The notes below the pieces were generated by a model that was not told where the DNA came from, did not search any database, and saw nothing but the letters and a program-made list of their open reading frames with translations. Position numbers and translations under genes: made by a program. DNA of 56,002 nt, taken from assembly GCA_022824765.1 (NCBI GenBank), contig JAJDZG010000161.1, forward strand, positions 1 to 56,002, given 5' to 3'. This DNA is from Dehalococcoidia bacterium. Its GTDB lineage: Bacteria; Chloroflexota; Dehalococcoidia; Bin125. How positions within the stretch are numbered: position 1 is the first letter of the stretch; each line of letters starts with the position of its first letter. Below are positions 1 to 8,591 of the stretch, piece by piece.

Positions 1-1
1 A

Positions 2-556
2 GGCGTCTTCGCGCCTGAGTCTCACACGTGGGCTGCGTTGGGACCGATCGCTGCGGACGGGCCGCAGTGGCGGGTGCCCGACCGTTCGCTGGTCGCCTGG
101 ATTGCCAACGCCGGTCACGCGGTGGGAACGGCGCAAGGCGCACTCGACGATCTGGCGACTGCCGCATCGCAATCCACGACTGGAGACACCAGCTCGTTGC
201 GCGAGCGCGAGCCGTTCCGCCTGGCCTTCGCGCGCTCGCAGGCAGACGTGGCTGCGGCCAGGGCGCATGTGCAAGCGGCGTGGTCGCGAACCTGGCCGTT
301 GGTCGAGCGGGGCGAGCCGGCTGAGCGCCTCCTGGGGCAATGCCGTTTGTCCAACGTGCATGCGGTTCACGTGTGTGTCGACGCGGTGGAGCGGCTGTTC
401 CGAGCGGGCGGAACGAACGCCGCGCGTCGCAGCTGGACGCTCGAGCGTCGCTGGCGAGATCTGCAGACGGCGCGGCAGCACGGCGCGGCGCTGGAGTGGA
501 ACTACGACGCCGGCGTGCGTCCGCTGCTCGGTCTGGAGGCGCGCCGCAGTCGTTAG
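2..556 (+). CDS. acyl-CoA dehydrogenase-fold flavoprotein, C-terminal fragment (5' end lies outside the window)
   Basis: The frame is open from nt 2 to TAG 554-556. The tail (AGHAVGTAQGALDDL ... VHVCVDAVERLFRAGG ... ERRWRDLQTARQH) resembles the C-terminal helical domain of ACAD / two-component flavin monooxygenase proteins. By-eye similarity only. Confidence 0.55.
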   Translation, partial: GVFAPESHTWAALGPIAADGPQWRVPDRSLVAWIANAGHAVGTAQGALDDLATAASQSTTGDTSSLREREPFRLAFARSQADVAAARAHVQAAWSRTWPLVERGEPAERLLGQCRLSNVHAVHVCVDAVERLFRAGGTNAARRSWTLERRWRDLQTARQHGAALEWNYDAGVRPLLGLEARRSR

Positions 557-575
557 TTCGCGGGCTTGGTGCTCC

Positions 576-893
576 CTACCACCAGAGCATGTAGTCGTCG
601 AAGTAGAGGTCTCGGACGATGGCGTGGATGCCTGTCGCCAATACGAACAGGACAAAGCAGCCCCAGCTGACGTATCGCCCGCGGCCGGGCGGCAGGATCA
701 TGAGGCCAATCAATGTGACGATAACGCTCGTGGGCCACATCTAGATCCACGCCTGATACATTAGGGCGCTCGCATCTGGCGGGAACACCTCAGTAAACCA
801 CATCCTGTTGTACAACGCCGCCGCTCCGATGGTCGTGACCACAGCGCCGACCAGGAGTCTGACGTTATAGCTTGCAAGGGCTTGTACAGACAC
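576..893 (-). pseudogene. small membrane protein, paralog of 924..1271, interrupted by an in-frame TAG (741-743); alternatively two sub-60-aa ORFs 576..740 and 744..893
   Basis: My own minus-strand translation, below the ORF-track size cut-off: VSVQALASYNVRLLVGAVVTTIGAAALYNRMWFTEVFPPDASALMYQAWI * MWPTSVIVTLIGLMILPPGRGRYVSWGCFVLFVLATGIHAIVRDLYFDDYMLWW. It has hydrophobic spans. The C-terminal half aligns by eye with the C-terminal half of the 115-aa protein encoded just upstream. Confidence 0.3.
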
Positions 894-923
894 GTTGACA
901 CTCCAGTTTGGCGAGCGCTGCCG

Positions 924-1271
924 CTAGAACTGATACCAGTAGCGTTCAAGCGGGAGCACGAGCGCCCAATGCACTGCGATCGCGGCGATCACGAGCTTGA
1001 GCGCCTGCCAGCGACGGTTGGTCGCTGGCAGCGCATACGCCCCGATCAGTATCAAGATCCCGCTCAGGAGTATCAGCAAGAGCTTGGCCTCCCATTGCCT
1101 GATGGGATAGGCCGGATTCAATCCGGCAAGCGCAAAGGCGGCGATCCCGAGCGCGATCACTCCGAAACCGTAGCCGTAGTCGTCTCGTGGTCCAATCCGG
1201 CTCAACAATGTCATGGTCAGGCCGTTCAACATCGCGGGGATTGACCGGACGAAGGCGGTCATGGGAAGCAC
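924..1271 (-). CDS. hypothetical integral membrane protein (3-4 predicted TM spans)
   Basis: 115-aa ORF with hydrophobic stretches (GFGVIALGIAAFALAGL, LLLILLSGILILIGAYAL, LKLVIAAIAVHWALVL). It overlaps the upstream gene end by 13 nt, which suggests co-transcription. Confidence 0.55.
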   Translation of the reverse strand: MLPMTAFVRSIPAMLNGLTMTLLSRIGPRDDYGYGFGVIALGIAAFALAGLNPAYPIRQWEAKLLLILLSGILILIGAYALPATNRRWQALKLVIAAIAVHWALVLPLERYWYQF

Positions 1272-1873
1272 TCCCCCTTCACCTTCGCGAGCGCGCCGAG
1301 CGTCGTGATGTCTTCTTCGTTGCCTGCACTGTCGTATGCCTGATAGTCATGGCTGCAGTGATACCCACCGCCGGCGAGCATCGTGAGCGTTACGCTCGTT
1401 TCCAGTAGCCGTTCATGGGTCGCTTCGTCGTACCACGGCACTTCGTTCTCGGCCTCGATTGAGGGGGGAGATACGCCGTAAGTGGTCGAAGCGGTGTTCG
1501 TTCCACTGCTCAGATACGGAGTGCTGTCATTGGTCGGATACGTCAGAGCAACCACTCTGACTGAGTTGGACGTGTGCGACCACGTGCTGCGTACGTCCGA
1601 TGTGAGGTAGCCGGACGGCGAGAAGCCAGTGATCCTTATGCGGGCACGAGCAGTAGAAGTGCCAGAACTGTTCGCGGCCAGCCTCTGGAACAGACCTGCC
1701 TCGGCAGCACCAGTCCCAGTGACTCGACCTGTCGTGCTGTGTACGAGTGCGCCGCACGAGCCCGAACGTGCGAGCCAGGCTGTCGTGCCGTTGGGCCCGA
1801 TGTCAGCGTGCAGAGTCACTACCGCGGTCGTCGCGAGCTGGGTTGGCATTGAGGTCTTGAGAGTCTGTTTCAT
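1259..1873 (-). CDS. hypothetical Thr/Ser/Gly-rich protein
   Basis: Internal ATG at 1873 (MKQTLKTS...) is preceded by GGAGGA (1880-1885 on the minus strand) with good spacing. The longer 254-aa version has no RBS. I recognise no family. Confidence 0.55.
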   Translation of the reverse strand: MKQTLKTSMPTQLATTAVVTLHADIGPNGTTAWLARSGSCGALVHSTTGRVTGTGAAEAGLFQRLAANSSGTSTARARIRITGFSPSGYLTSDVRSTWSHTSNSVRVVALTYPTNDSTPYLSSGTNTASTTYGVSPPSIEAENEVPWYDEATHERLLETSVTLTMLAGGGYHCSHDYQAYDSAGNEEDITTLGALAKVKGECFP

Positions 1874-2114
1874 CTCGATCCTCCATGTTCCAACTGATCT
1901 CGGACGCTTCGTGGGGCCGATCGGTTGCCTCCTCTCAGGCTTCAGGCCCAACGTGTGTCGACTGTACTCCTCTGGAGTCGGTCTCGCTGGAGGACTGGCG
2001 AGTGCAGCCGCTTCATTTGACATAATAGCGAGATCCCGCCGCGCGTTAGGCGGAATCGGGGTGGGCAGTTAGCCTGCAGCCACTGGACAACGTGCAGGCA
2101 AGGCGAGCGCATTG

Positions 2115-4715
2115 ATGGCTGGGCCACTGGAGGGCGTGACGGTCCTGGACCTGACCAGCGTGGTGGCGGGTCCGTACGCGACCAAACTGCTGGCCGACTA
2201 CGGCGCGCGTGTGATCAAGGCTGAGCCGCGCGGCGGCGATGCTTCACGCCGCTTCGGCCCGTTCCCCGATCGCAAGCCCAATGCTGAGGCCTCGGGCCTC
2301 TTCCTGCACCTGAACACCAACAAGCAGTCGATCGTGCTGGATCCGCTCACCGACGACGGCGCGGCCACGGTGCGGCGCCTGGCGCAACTGGTGGACATCG
2401 TGGTGGAGGACTTGCGGCCAGGCGAGCCGGAGTCGGCCGGCTGGGGCTGGGACGTCTTGCATGCGATCAATCCTAAGCTCGTCCTGTGCTCGATCACGCC
2501 GTTCGGACAGACGGGGCCGTACCGCGACTACCGCGGATCGGAGCTGACGCTGCAAGCGATCGGCGGTCCGCTGCACGCGACCGGCGCGGCTGATCGTGAG
2601 CCGATCAAGATGGCGGGTCACTATGCCAACTATCACGCCGGCGCCACGGCCGCGTTTGCGATCCTGCTCGCCCTGCGACGCGCCGAGTCGGACGGTCAGG
2701 CGGGCGATTGGATTGATATTTCGATCTACCGGTGTCAGGTCGGTTGCCGCGACCGGCGGACGATCCAGCTGGTTGCGGCGGAATACAGCGGCGTTTCGCC
2801 GGGCCGTGCGCATCAGACCCGCCGACAGGTCGGCTTCGGCATTTATCCCTGCGCCGACGGGTTCGTCAACATCATGGGCGCGGGCACGCGGTTGCCGCGT
2901 CTGTTGGAGTGGATCGGACGGGACGATCTGCTGGAGGACGAGTCCTTCCTGTCGGGGCCTCGGCCGGGTTCGGGGTTCGGCGCGAAGGTGGACGGCGCGG
3001 TCGAGGAGTATCTGTCGAGTGTCCGCAAGATCGACGCTGTGGTTGAGGCGCAGGCGGCCGGACTGTTGGCGGGCGCGGTGATGACCGTCGCCGATGTGCT
3101 GGACGATCCGCAGCTTGCGTCGCGCGACTGGTGGCATCGGATCGCCCATTGGCATGGCGACGAGCTGCCGTATCCGGGCTTCCCGTTCCGGATGAGCGAG
3201 TCTGTGCCGGAGCCGCCCAAGCGGTCGCCGCGTCTGGGCGAGCACTCCCGTGTCGTCATGGATCTGACGCCGCCCGATCCGCTGGAAGATCCGCGCCGAC
3301 CGTTGCCGCAGGGTCCGATGAGTTCGTTGGCGCTGCCGCTGGAAGGCGTGCGCGTGGCGGCGATCACCGTGGTCTGGGCGGGTCCGCACGTGGCGCAGCT
3401 GCTGGCCGAGTGGGGCGCGGACGTGGTCAATGTGGAGCCGATGAATCGGATCCAGCCGTACACACGCGGAGCGGAGAACGCGCCGACGAAGGACAACATG
3501 GAGCGGGGCGCGGAGCTGGGCGTTCAGCCGCAGTACCCCCTGTTGGAGCTCGGTCCCGATCCGTGGAACCGAATGGCTTCATTCACCTCACACGCGCGGA
3601 ACAAGCGCTCGATGACCTGCGACATCATGTCGCCCGAGGGCCGCGAGGCGTTTCTCAAGCTGATCGCCGAATGCGATGTCTTGGTGGAGAACAACGTCCC
3701 GTCGACGATCGACAAGGCGGGCATCACCTACGAGGCGCTCAAGGAAGTCAATCCCAACCTGATCATGCTGCGGATGCCGGCGTTCGGTCTGGAGGGTCCA
3801 TACTCCAGCTTCCGAGCGTTCGGGCTGCACGTGGAGGCGATGGTCGGTCACACGCATCTGCGTGGCTACCCCGATCGGGGTCCTGAGGCGATCGGGGAGA
3901 CGCTCGCGAGCGACGGCCTGTCGGGCGTGCAGGGCGCGCTGGCGGTCGTGATGGCGCTGCGCCACCGAGATCGTCGGGGCGTGGGCCAGCAGATTGAGAT
4001 GCCACTCAATGAGGGCTTCATTCCCACGCTGGCCGAGTACCTCTTCGAACACTCGATGAACGGGGAGAACCCGCCTTCGCAGGGCAATCGGCATCAGCAT
4101 CACGCGCCGTTTGGTGTATATCCGTGCCGGGGCGACGACCAATGGATCGCGATCGATATCGCCGATGACGCGGAGTTCGTCGGCCTCTGCGACGCATTGG
4201 CGGCGGGGCCGGGCGAGGCGTCTGTGCGATCGGCGTTGGTTCATGCGCCGCTCGACGGTCGCTTCAGCGACGCGGAGAGCCGCCGCTTCAACGCTGATGT
4301 CCTTGATGCATTGATCAGCCAGGAAACCCAGGTGTGGCACAAGGAAGACCTCTTCCACCGGCTGCAGGCGGCGGGCATCTGCGCGGCGCCGTTGAACGAT
4401 CCGTTTGACGCGCTCTCGGACCGTCATTTGCGAGAGGTCGGGTTCTTCGAGCCGCTGACCATCGAAGGCGTGGGCACGCACCGCTATCCAGGCCTGACCT
4501 TCACGATGACGCGAACGCCCAATCAACTGCGCACGCCGCCGCCGAAACTGGGCGAACACAACCACGAGGTCTACATCGACCTGTTGGGCTACAGAGAGTC
4601 GGAACTGGCGGAGCTCGAAGCCAAGGGGTTGGTCGGAACGCGTTACCCCGATCACCTGCTGCCAGCGCACGTCCGCGAAGCCATCGCACAACACACGAAG
4701 GACACGGAGGATTGA
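2115..4715 (+). CDS. tandem-fused family III (CaiB/BaiF) CoA-transferase, two complete halves in one polypeptide
   Basis: 866-aa ORF. Both halves open with the family signature: LEGVTVLDLTSVVAGPYATKLLADYGARVIKAEP at the N-terminus, and LEGVRVAAITVVWAGPHVAQLLAEWGADVVNVEP from about nt 3340. ATG 2115 follows TTG 2112. Confidence 0.9.
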   Translation: MAGPLEGVTVLDLTSVVAGPYATKLLADYGARVIKAEPRGGDASRRFGPFPDRKPNAEASGLFLHLNTNKQSIVLDPLTDDGAATVRRLAQLVDIVVEDLRPGEPESAGWGWDVLHAINPKLVLCSITPFGQTGPYRDYRGSELTLQAIGGPLHATGAADREPIKMAGHYANYHAGATAAFAILLALRRAESDGQAGDWIDISIYRCQVGCRDRRTIQLVAAEYSGVSPGRAHQTRRQVGFGIYPCADGFVNIMGAGTRLPRLLEWIGRDDLLEDESFLSGPRPGSGFGAKVDGAVEEYLSSVRKIDAVVEAQAAGLLAGAVMTVADVLDDPQLASRDWWHRIAHWHGDELPYPGFPFRMSESVPEPPKRSPRLGEHSRVVMDLTPPDPLEDPRRPLPQGPMSSLALPLEGVRVAAITVVWAGPHVAQLLAEWGADVVNVEPMNRIQPYTRGAENAPTKDNMERGAELGVQPQYPLLELGPDPWNRMASFTSHARNKRSMTCDIMSPEGREAFLKLIAECDVLVENNVPSTIDKAGITYEALKEVNPNLIMLRMPAFGLEGPYSSFRAFGLHVEAMVGHTHLRGYPDRGPEAIGETLASDGLSGVQGALAVVMALRHRDRRGVGQQIEMPLNEGFIPTLAEYLFEHSMNGENPPSQGNRHQHHAPFGVYPCRGDDQWIAIDIADDAEFVGLCDALAAGPGEASVRSALVHAPLDGRFSDAESRRFNADVLDALISQETQVWHKEDLFHRLQAAGICAAPLNDPFDALSDRHLREVGFFEPLTIEGVGTHRYPGLTFTMTRTPNQLRTPPPKLGEHNHEVYIDLLGYRESELAELEAKGLVGTRYPDHLLPAHVREAIAQHTKDTED

Positions 4716-4716
4716 C

Positions 4717-5310
4717 ATGCCGAGACTGGGACCGCAGACTTTCGAGTCGCTGAACGACGATCAGCGCGTGCTCTGGGACAACATCACCACGGGTCCGCGT
4801 GGGAATCCTGAGCGTGAGCACGGCGGACTGGCCGGTGCCGACGGGGCGCTGATCGGCCCGTTCAATGCGCTGTTCCTGTCGCCAACGCTGGGTGATGCCA
4901 TCCAGAAGCTCGGGGCGTCGGTTCGCTACAACACTTCGCTGCCGGCCGACCTGTTGGAGGTCGCGATTTGCACGATGGGCGGACACTGGCGGGCCAACTT
5001 CGAGTTCTGGGCGCATGCCCGCCTGGCCAAGAACGCTGGCGTGTCTGAGGGTGCGATCGACGCCATCCGTGATGGCGAACGCCCCTTCTTCGGCAACGAC
5101 CAGCATCAGGCTGTCTACGAGTTCGGACGCGAGTTGATCGAGGGTCAGCGCGTGTCGGACGAGACCTACGAGACGCTGAAGGGGATGATCGGCGAGAGCG
5201 GCGTGTTTGAGGTCGCGTCGGTGATGGGTTACTACGCGCTCGTGTCGATCGGTCTGAACACGTTCAATGTCGCCATGCCGCCCGGCGTCGACGCGCCGTT
5301 TTCGGATTAG
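4717..5310 (+). CDS. carboxymuconolactone decarboxylase (AhpD-like) family protein
   Basis: 197-aa ORF. GGAGGA lies 5 nt upstream, and the start is 1 nt after the CoA-transferase stop. The helical CMD-like sequence (EVAICTMGGHWRANFEFWAHARLA) was recognised by eye. Confidence 0.75.
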   Translation: MPRLGPQTFESLNDDQRVLWDNITTGPRGNPEREHGGLAGADGALIGPFNALFLSPTLGDAIQKLGASVRYNTSLPADLLEVAICTMGGHWRANFEFWAHARLAKNAGVSEGAIDAIRDGERPFFGNDQHQAVYEFGRELIEGQRVSDETYETLKGMIGESGVFEVASVMGYYALVSIGLNTFNVAMPPGVDAPFSD

Positions 5311-5344
5311 CTGACCAACGACGAGCAGGACCTGGGGACCGCAC

Positions 5345-6196
5345 ATGCTCAGCGAGTTTGACCGCGCGTTTTTCGACCAGCAGGGCTATCTGGTGGTCAA
5401 GCAGCTGATCCCGCGCGATCTGGTTGACGCGGTGCTCGATGCGATCTGGGAGTTCCTCGAGTTCGACCGCGACGACCCATCGGATTGGTACCGCGAACCG
5501 CACCGGGTCAACGGCATGGTCGAGATGTACCACCACCAGTCGCTCTGGGATGTCCGACAGCACCCGGCGGTCTATGAGCTGTTTCGGGACCTGTTCGGCC
5601 GCGATGATCTGTGGGTGTTCATCGACCGCGCCAATTTGAAGCCGCCACCGAGCGCGGAGCAGCCAAGGTACGACCATCACGGCATGGTGCACTGGGACAT
5701 GGATGTGCGGGAGACGCCGACGCCCTTCCAGGTGCAGGGTGTGCTGTATCTGGTCGATACCCGGCGCGGGGAGGGCGGCTTCCAGTGCGTGCCGGGCGCG
5801 CACCGGCGCGCTGCGCAGATCTCAGAGGGGATCTCGGACGAGGACCTGCGTCACCAGCAGCTGCATGAGCGGTTCTCGTCGACGCTCGGTCCGCCGATCG
5901 AGATTGAGGCGGACGCTGGTGATTTCATTATCTGGCACTCGGCGTTGCCGCATGGCAATAGCCGCAACCGAGCGGACAAGCCGCGCCTGGCGCAGTACGT
6001 GCGTCTCTTCCCTGCTGAGCCCTCGGACGAATCGCTGCGCGAAGCGCGGATCGCTTCCTGGCGGGAGCGAGCGCACCCCGCGTTTCAGAATGCGCGGGCA
6101 TTCCCGGGCGATCCGCGCGGCAAGGAGGCGCAGTCGCCGGCGGCCGAGTTGACGCCGCTCGGCCGCAAGCTGCTTGGACTGGATGACTGGGGTTGA
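5345..6196 (+). CDS. phytanoyl-CoA dioxygenase (PhyH) family Fe(II)/2-oxoglutarate oxygenase
   Basis: The N-terminus FDQQGYLVVKQLIPRDLVD, a HWD metal-binding motif (MVHWDMD) and a distal His (WHSALPHGNS) are typical of the PhyH family. Confidence 0.85.
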   Translation: MLSEFDRAFFDQQGYLVVKQLIPRDLVDAVLDAIWEFLEFDRDDPSDWYREPHRVNGMVEMYHHQSLWDVRQHPAVYELFRDLFGRDDLWVFIDRANLKPPPSAEQPRYDHHGMVHWDMDVRETPTPFQVQGVLYLVDTRRGEGGFQCVPGAHRRAAQISEGISDEDLRHQQLHERFSSTLGPPIEIEADAGDFIIWHSALPHGNSRNRADKPRLAQYVRLFPAEPSDESLREARIASWRERAHPAFQNARAFPGDPRGKEAQSPAAELTPLGRKLLGLDDWG

Positions 6197-6217
6197 TGGC
6201 TGCGAACGACGCAGTGT

Positions 6218-7123
6218 CTAGGCGCGCTCGACTGGCTCGTCCGCCTCTCGTCGCAGCTGCACGACGGAGCTGCCGATCACCAGCAGCACCACGCCGACGA
6301 CCACTTCGTAGCCGAGTGATTCGCCCAGGATCAGGCCCGAGAAGATCACTCCGAAGATTGGCGCAAACAGCATGGTCGCCGCCACTTGCGATGGGAAGTA
6401 GCGCTGGACCAGGTATGTGTTGCCGATGAATCCGAATCCGCCGATTACGACTCCCTGCCAGAGCAGCGCGATGATGAACTCGGTCGTCCAGGGAATGCCG
6501 CCGGATTCGAAGAGCAGTCCGCCGATTCCGAAGGCGACCACCGCGGAGACTGACTGGGTCATGAGCAGCCGCGCCGGATGGATGCTCTGGGAGAAGTGCG
6601 ACAGGTAGATTTGTCGCGAGGCGAGCAAGGCGGCAGACGAGACGGTCATCAGGTCGCCCCAGACTGATGCGCCGGGCGCGCTGAAGCCTCCGACGAAGAC
6701 GACGACGACTCCGGCGTAGGCGACGACCAGGCCCGCGGTGCGCCGCATCGACATGTGGTCGCCGGGCACGAAGAAGTGTCCGAGGACCGCCGTCCAGAGT
6801 GGAAAGGAGAAAATCAGCACTGACGCGTGGCCGGAGCTGGTGTTGTCGGCGCCGACATACATCAGCAAGGTCTGGACGACGAACAGCACGCCCAGGCCGA
6901 TCAACGGCCGATACTCGCGCGGCAGCGGACGCAGCGATGTCTTGGTGGCGATGGCGTAGCCGATCACCACTACGCCTCCGAGCGCCATTCGGATGGCGCT
7001 GAGCCGGAGCGGACCGAGGCCTTCTTCGAGTCCCGCCTTGATCGCCACAGGTTGCCCGCCCCAGAGCAGGACGAGCAGCATCGCGAACGCCCCAGCGCGC
7101 AGGGTCAGCGGTCGCCGGCCCAT
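6218..7123 (-). CDS. DMT superfamily (EamA-type) transporter
   Basis: 301 aa from the ATG at 7123 (MGRRPLTLRAGAFAMLLVLLWGG...), with about ten hydrophobic spans in a duplicated EamA-like layout. The 438-aa track ORF extends into the neighbouring gene and is not credible. Confidence 0.85.
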   Translation of the reverse strand: MGRRPLTLRAGAFAMLLVLLWGGQPVAIKAGLEEGLGPLRLSAIRMALGGVVVIGYAIATKTSLRPLPREYRPLIGLGVLFVVQTLLMYVGADNTSSGHASVLIFSFPLWTAVLGHFFVPGDHMSMRRTAGLVVAYAGVVVVFVGGFSAPGASVWGDLMTVSSAALLASRQIYLSHFSQSIHPARLLMTQSVSAVVAFGIGGLLFESGGIPWTTEFIIALLWQGVVIGGFGFIGNTYLVQRYFPSQVAATMLFAPIFGVIFSGLILGESLGYEVVVGVVLLVIGSSVVQLRREADEPVERA

Positions 7124-7230
7124 CGGGTCGGCGTTGCTGGATGGTGACGCGCCACGTTGGTCAGACAGGTCACGCTGGTCAGGCTGGTTGGATTGCTGTG
7201 ATGCCACTACCTGAAGATACGGCCAGCGGT

Positions 7231-8310
7231 CTACGTCATCGTCCAGGCGCGCACGGCGGTGATTGGTGCGAGGTTGGTGCGCAGCAACGTCCAACGCTCG
7301 CCGCCGTCGTTGGACGCGAACAGCTGCCCGCCGCTCGATCCCATGTACAGGCCCAGCGGGTCTGCGCCGTCCTGACCCAGCGCCTGCCGATAGATTGCCT
7401 GGTGGAATCCCGCCTGAGGCAGGCCGTCCGACAGTTCGCGGAAGGTCGCGCCGGCATCGGATGTGCGGAATACCTTCAGCGCCCCGCCGCGAGGCATCCG
7501 AGCCTGGTCGAAGTCGAGCGGGACGTAGTAGCACACGTCGGGATCGTTGGGGTCGATTGCCGAGGCGAAGCCGAACTCGCCGGGCAGGTCGGGACCCACC
7601 TCAATCCAGTGCTCGCCGTCGTCGTCGGAGCGATATTGGCCGAAGTGTCCCTGCTGCCACAGTCGGCCGCGCTGGCGTGGATGTGCGTGCAAGGAGTGGA
7701 TGCATGGTGTGACATCTTGCATCTCGGGCGGCATGTTGTCAGCGCGGATGCCGCCGTTGCGCTGATGCCAGGAGTCGCCGCCGTCGTAGGAGACATAGGT
7801 GCCTGTCGCTGAGCCTGCCGCCACGATTCGGTCAGGGTCTGTCTGATCGACGCCCAGGTGGTGAAACATCAGCCCCGCCGCGCCTGGTTCCCATCGGCCG
7901 TTGGTCGGGTGGTTGGTCAGCGCTGATAGCTCTTGCCAGCTTGCTCCATCGTCCGAAGACTTGAACAGCGCGGCGGGCATCGTGCCCGCATAGAGCACAC
8001 CGTCCTCGACGCCTGGCTCGATCGTCCACACACCCTGCAGCGAGCGCTCGCCGTCGCTGAACGCTGGCGTTGAGGCCTCCGTCCAGGAAGCGCCATCGTC
8101 GTCCGAGCGGTGCAGACGCGCACCCCATTGCCAGTGATTGGCGGCACACCAGATTGTCCCGTTGCGCGGGTTGCGCACGGCGTAGTCAATGATCCAACCG
8201 CCAAACAGCAACTCCGACCAGTCCCAGTCGCGGCGTCCGCCGTTGCTGCGGGCGATTAGCAAGCCTTTGCGCGTGCTGACCAGCAGGCCGGCCTCAGTCG
8301 TATTGGTCAC
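7231..8310 (-). CDS. BNR/Asp-box repeat beta-propeller protein (sialidase-fold, no signal peptide)
   Basis: Six Asp-box-like motifs: SDDDGASW twice, SYDGGDSW, SDDDGEHW, TSDAGATF and SNDGGERW. The GTG start overlaps the stop of the upstream gene (GTGA). Confidence 0.8.
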   Translation of the reverse strand: MTNTTEAGLLVSTRKGLLIARSNGGRRDWDWSELLFGGWIIDYAVRNPRNGTIWCAANHWQWGARLHRSDDDGASWTEASTPAFSDGERSLQGVWTIEPGVEDGVLYAGTMPAALFKSSDDGASWQELSALTNHPTNGRWEPGAAGLMFHHLGVDQTDPDRIVAAGSATGTYVSYDGGDSWHQRNGGIRADNMPPEMQDVTPCIHSLHAHPRQRGRLWQQGHFGQYRSDDDGEHWIEVGPDLPGEFGFASAIDPNDPDVCYYVPLDFDQARMPRGGALKVFRTSDAGATFRELSDGLPQAGFHQAIYRQALGQDGADPLGLYMGSSGGQLFASNDGGERWTLLRTNLAPITAVRAWTMT

Positions 8311-8591
8311 TGCGAGCCTCCAGACACTGCGGGCAAGATGTGCAGGCGATCGCCGTCCCGAATCGGATCGGACAGTGTGGTGCGATCTGAGAGTTGCTCG
8401 TCGTTGATGAAGACGTTGACGTGCGGGCGCAGTCGTTCGGCATCATCGAGCAGGAAGCGGCGCAGTTCGGGATGCAGGGCGATCAGGCAAGCGAGCGCGT
8501 CGCGGACGGTGTCGCCGTGGACATTGACCGCCTCTGGCGCGTCGACGTGGGCTCGCAGCCCGCGCCCGAGCCGCGCTTCAATCGCCATCAA
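8307..8591 (-). CDS. MoaD/ThiS-family ubiquitin-fold sulfur-carrier-like protein, C-terminus ...VSGGSQ
   Basis: 94 aa with a beta-grasp-like pattern (VNVFINDEQL ... DGDRLHILPAVSGG). A Gly-Gly is followed by two extra residues. Confidence 0.7.
   Translation of the reverse strand: MMAIEARLGRGLRAHVDAPEAVNVHGDTVRDALACLIALHPELRRFLLDDAERLRPHVNVFINDEQLSDRTTLSDPIRDGDRLHILPAVSGGSQ

Noticed and set aside
741-926. In-frame TAG codons as programmed read-through or pyrrolysine sites
   Set aside because: I see no reason to expect Pyl in this lineage, and no Pyl genes lie in the window. The protein ends at 924 and 576 look like natural paralogous C-termini. A simple nonsense mutation at 741 is the economical explanation.
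2017-2026. TTGACA / CATAAT hexamers upstream of the CoA-transferase gene as a promoter
   Set aside because: The two hexamers overlap each other (2017-2022 and 2021-2026). Neither has a partner element at a workable 16-18 nt spacing.
2244-4718. Long antisense ORFs opposite real genes (2244..3389 and 3588..4718 here; likewise 11599..12663, 19324..20721, 22020..23180, 49221..50078, 50421..51374)
   Set aside because: Their products are Arg/Pro/Ala/Gly-rich low-complexity sequences with no motifs. They lie exactly opposite ORFs with clear family signatures. This is the typical stop-codon-poor shadow-frame effect in high-GC DNA.
6218-7534. 438-aa version of the transporter ORF
   Set aside because: The first 137 codons are Arg-rich and non-hydrophobic, and they overlap the BNR gene end. 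The membrane protein begins convincingly at ATG 7123.
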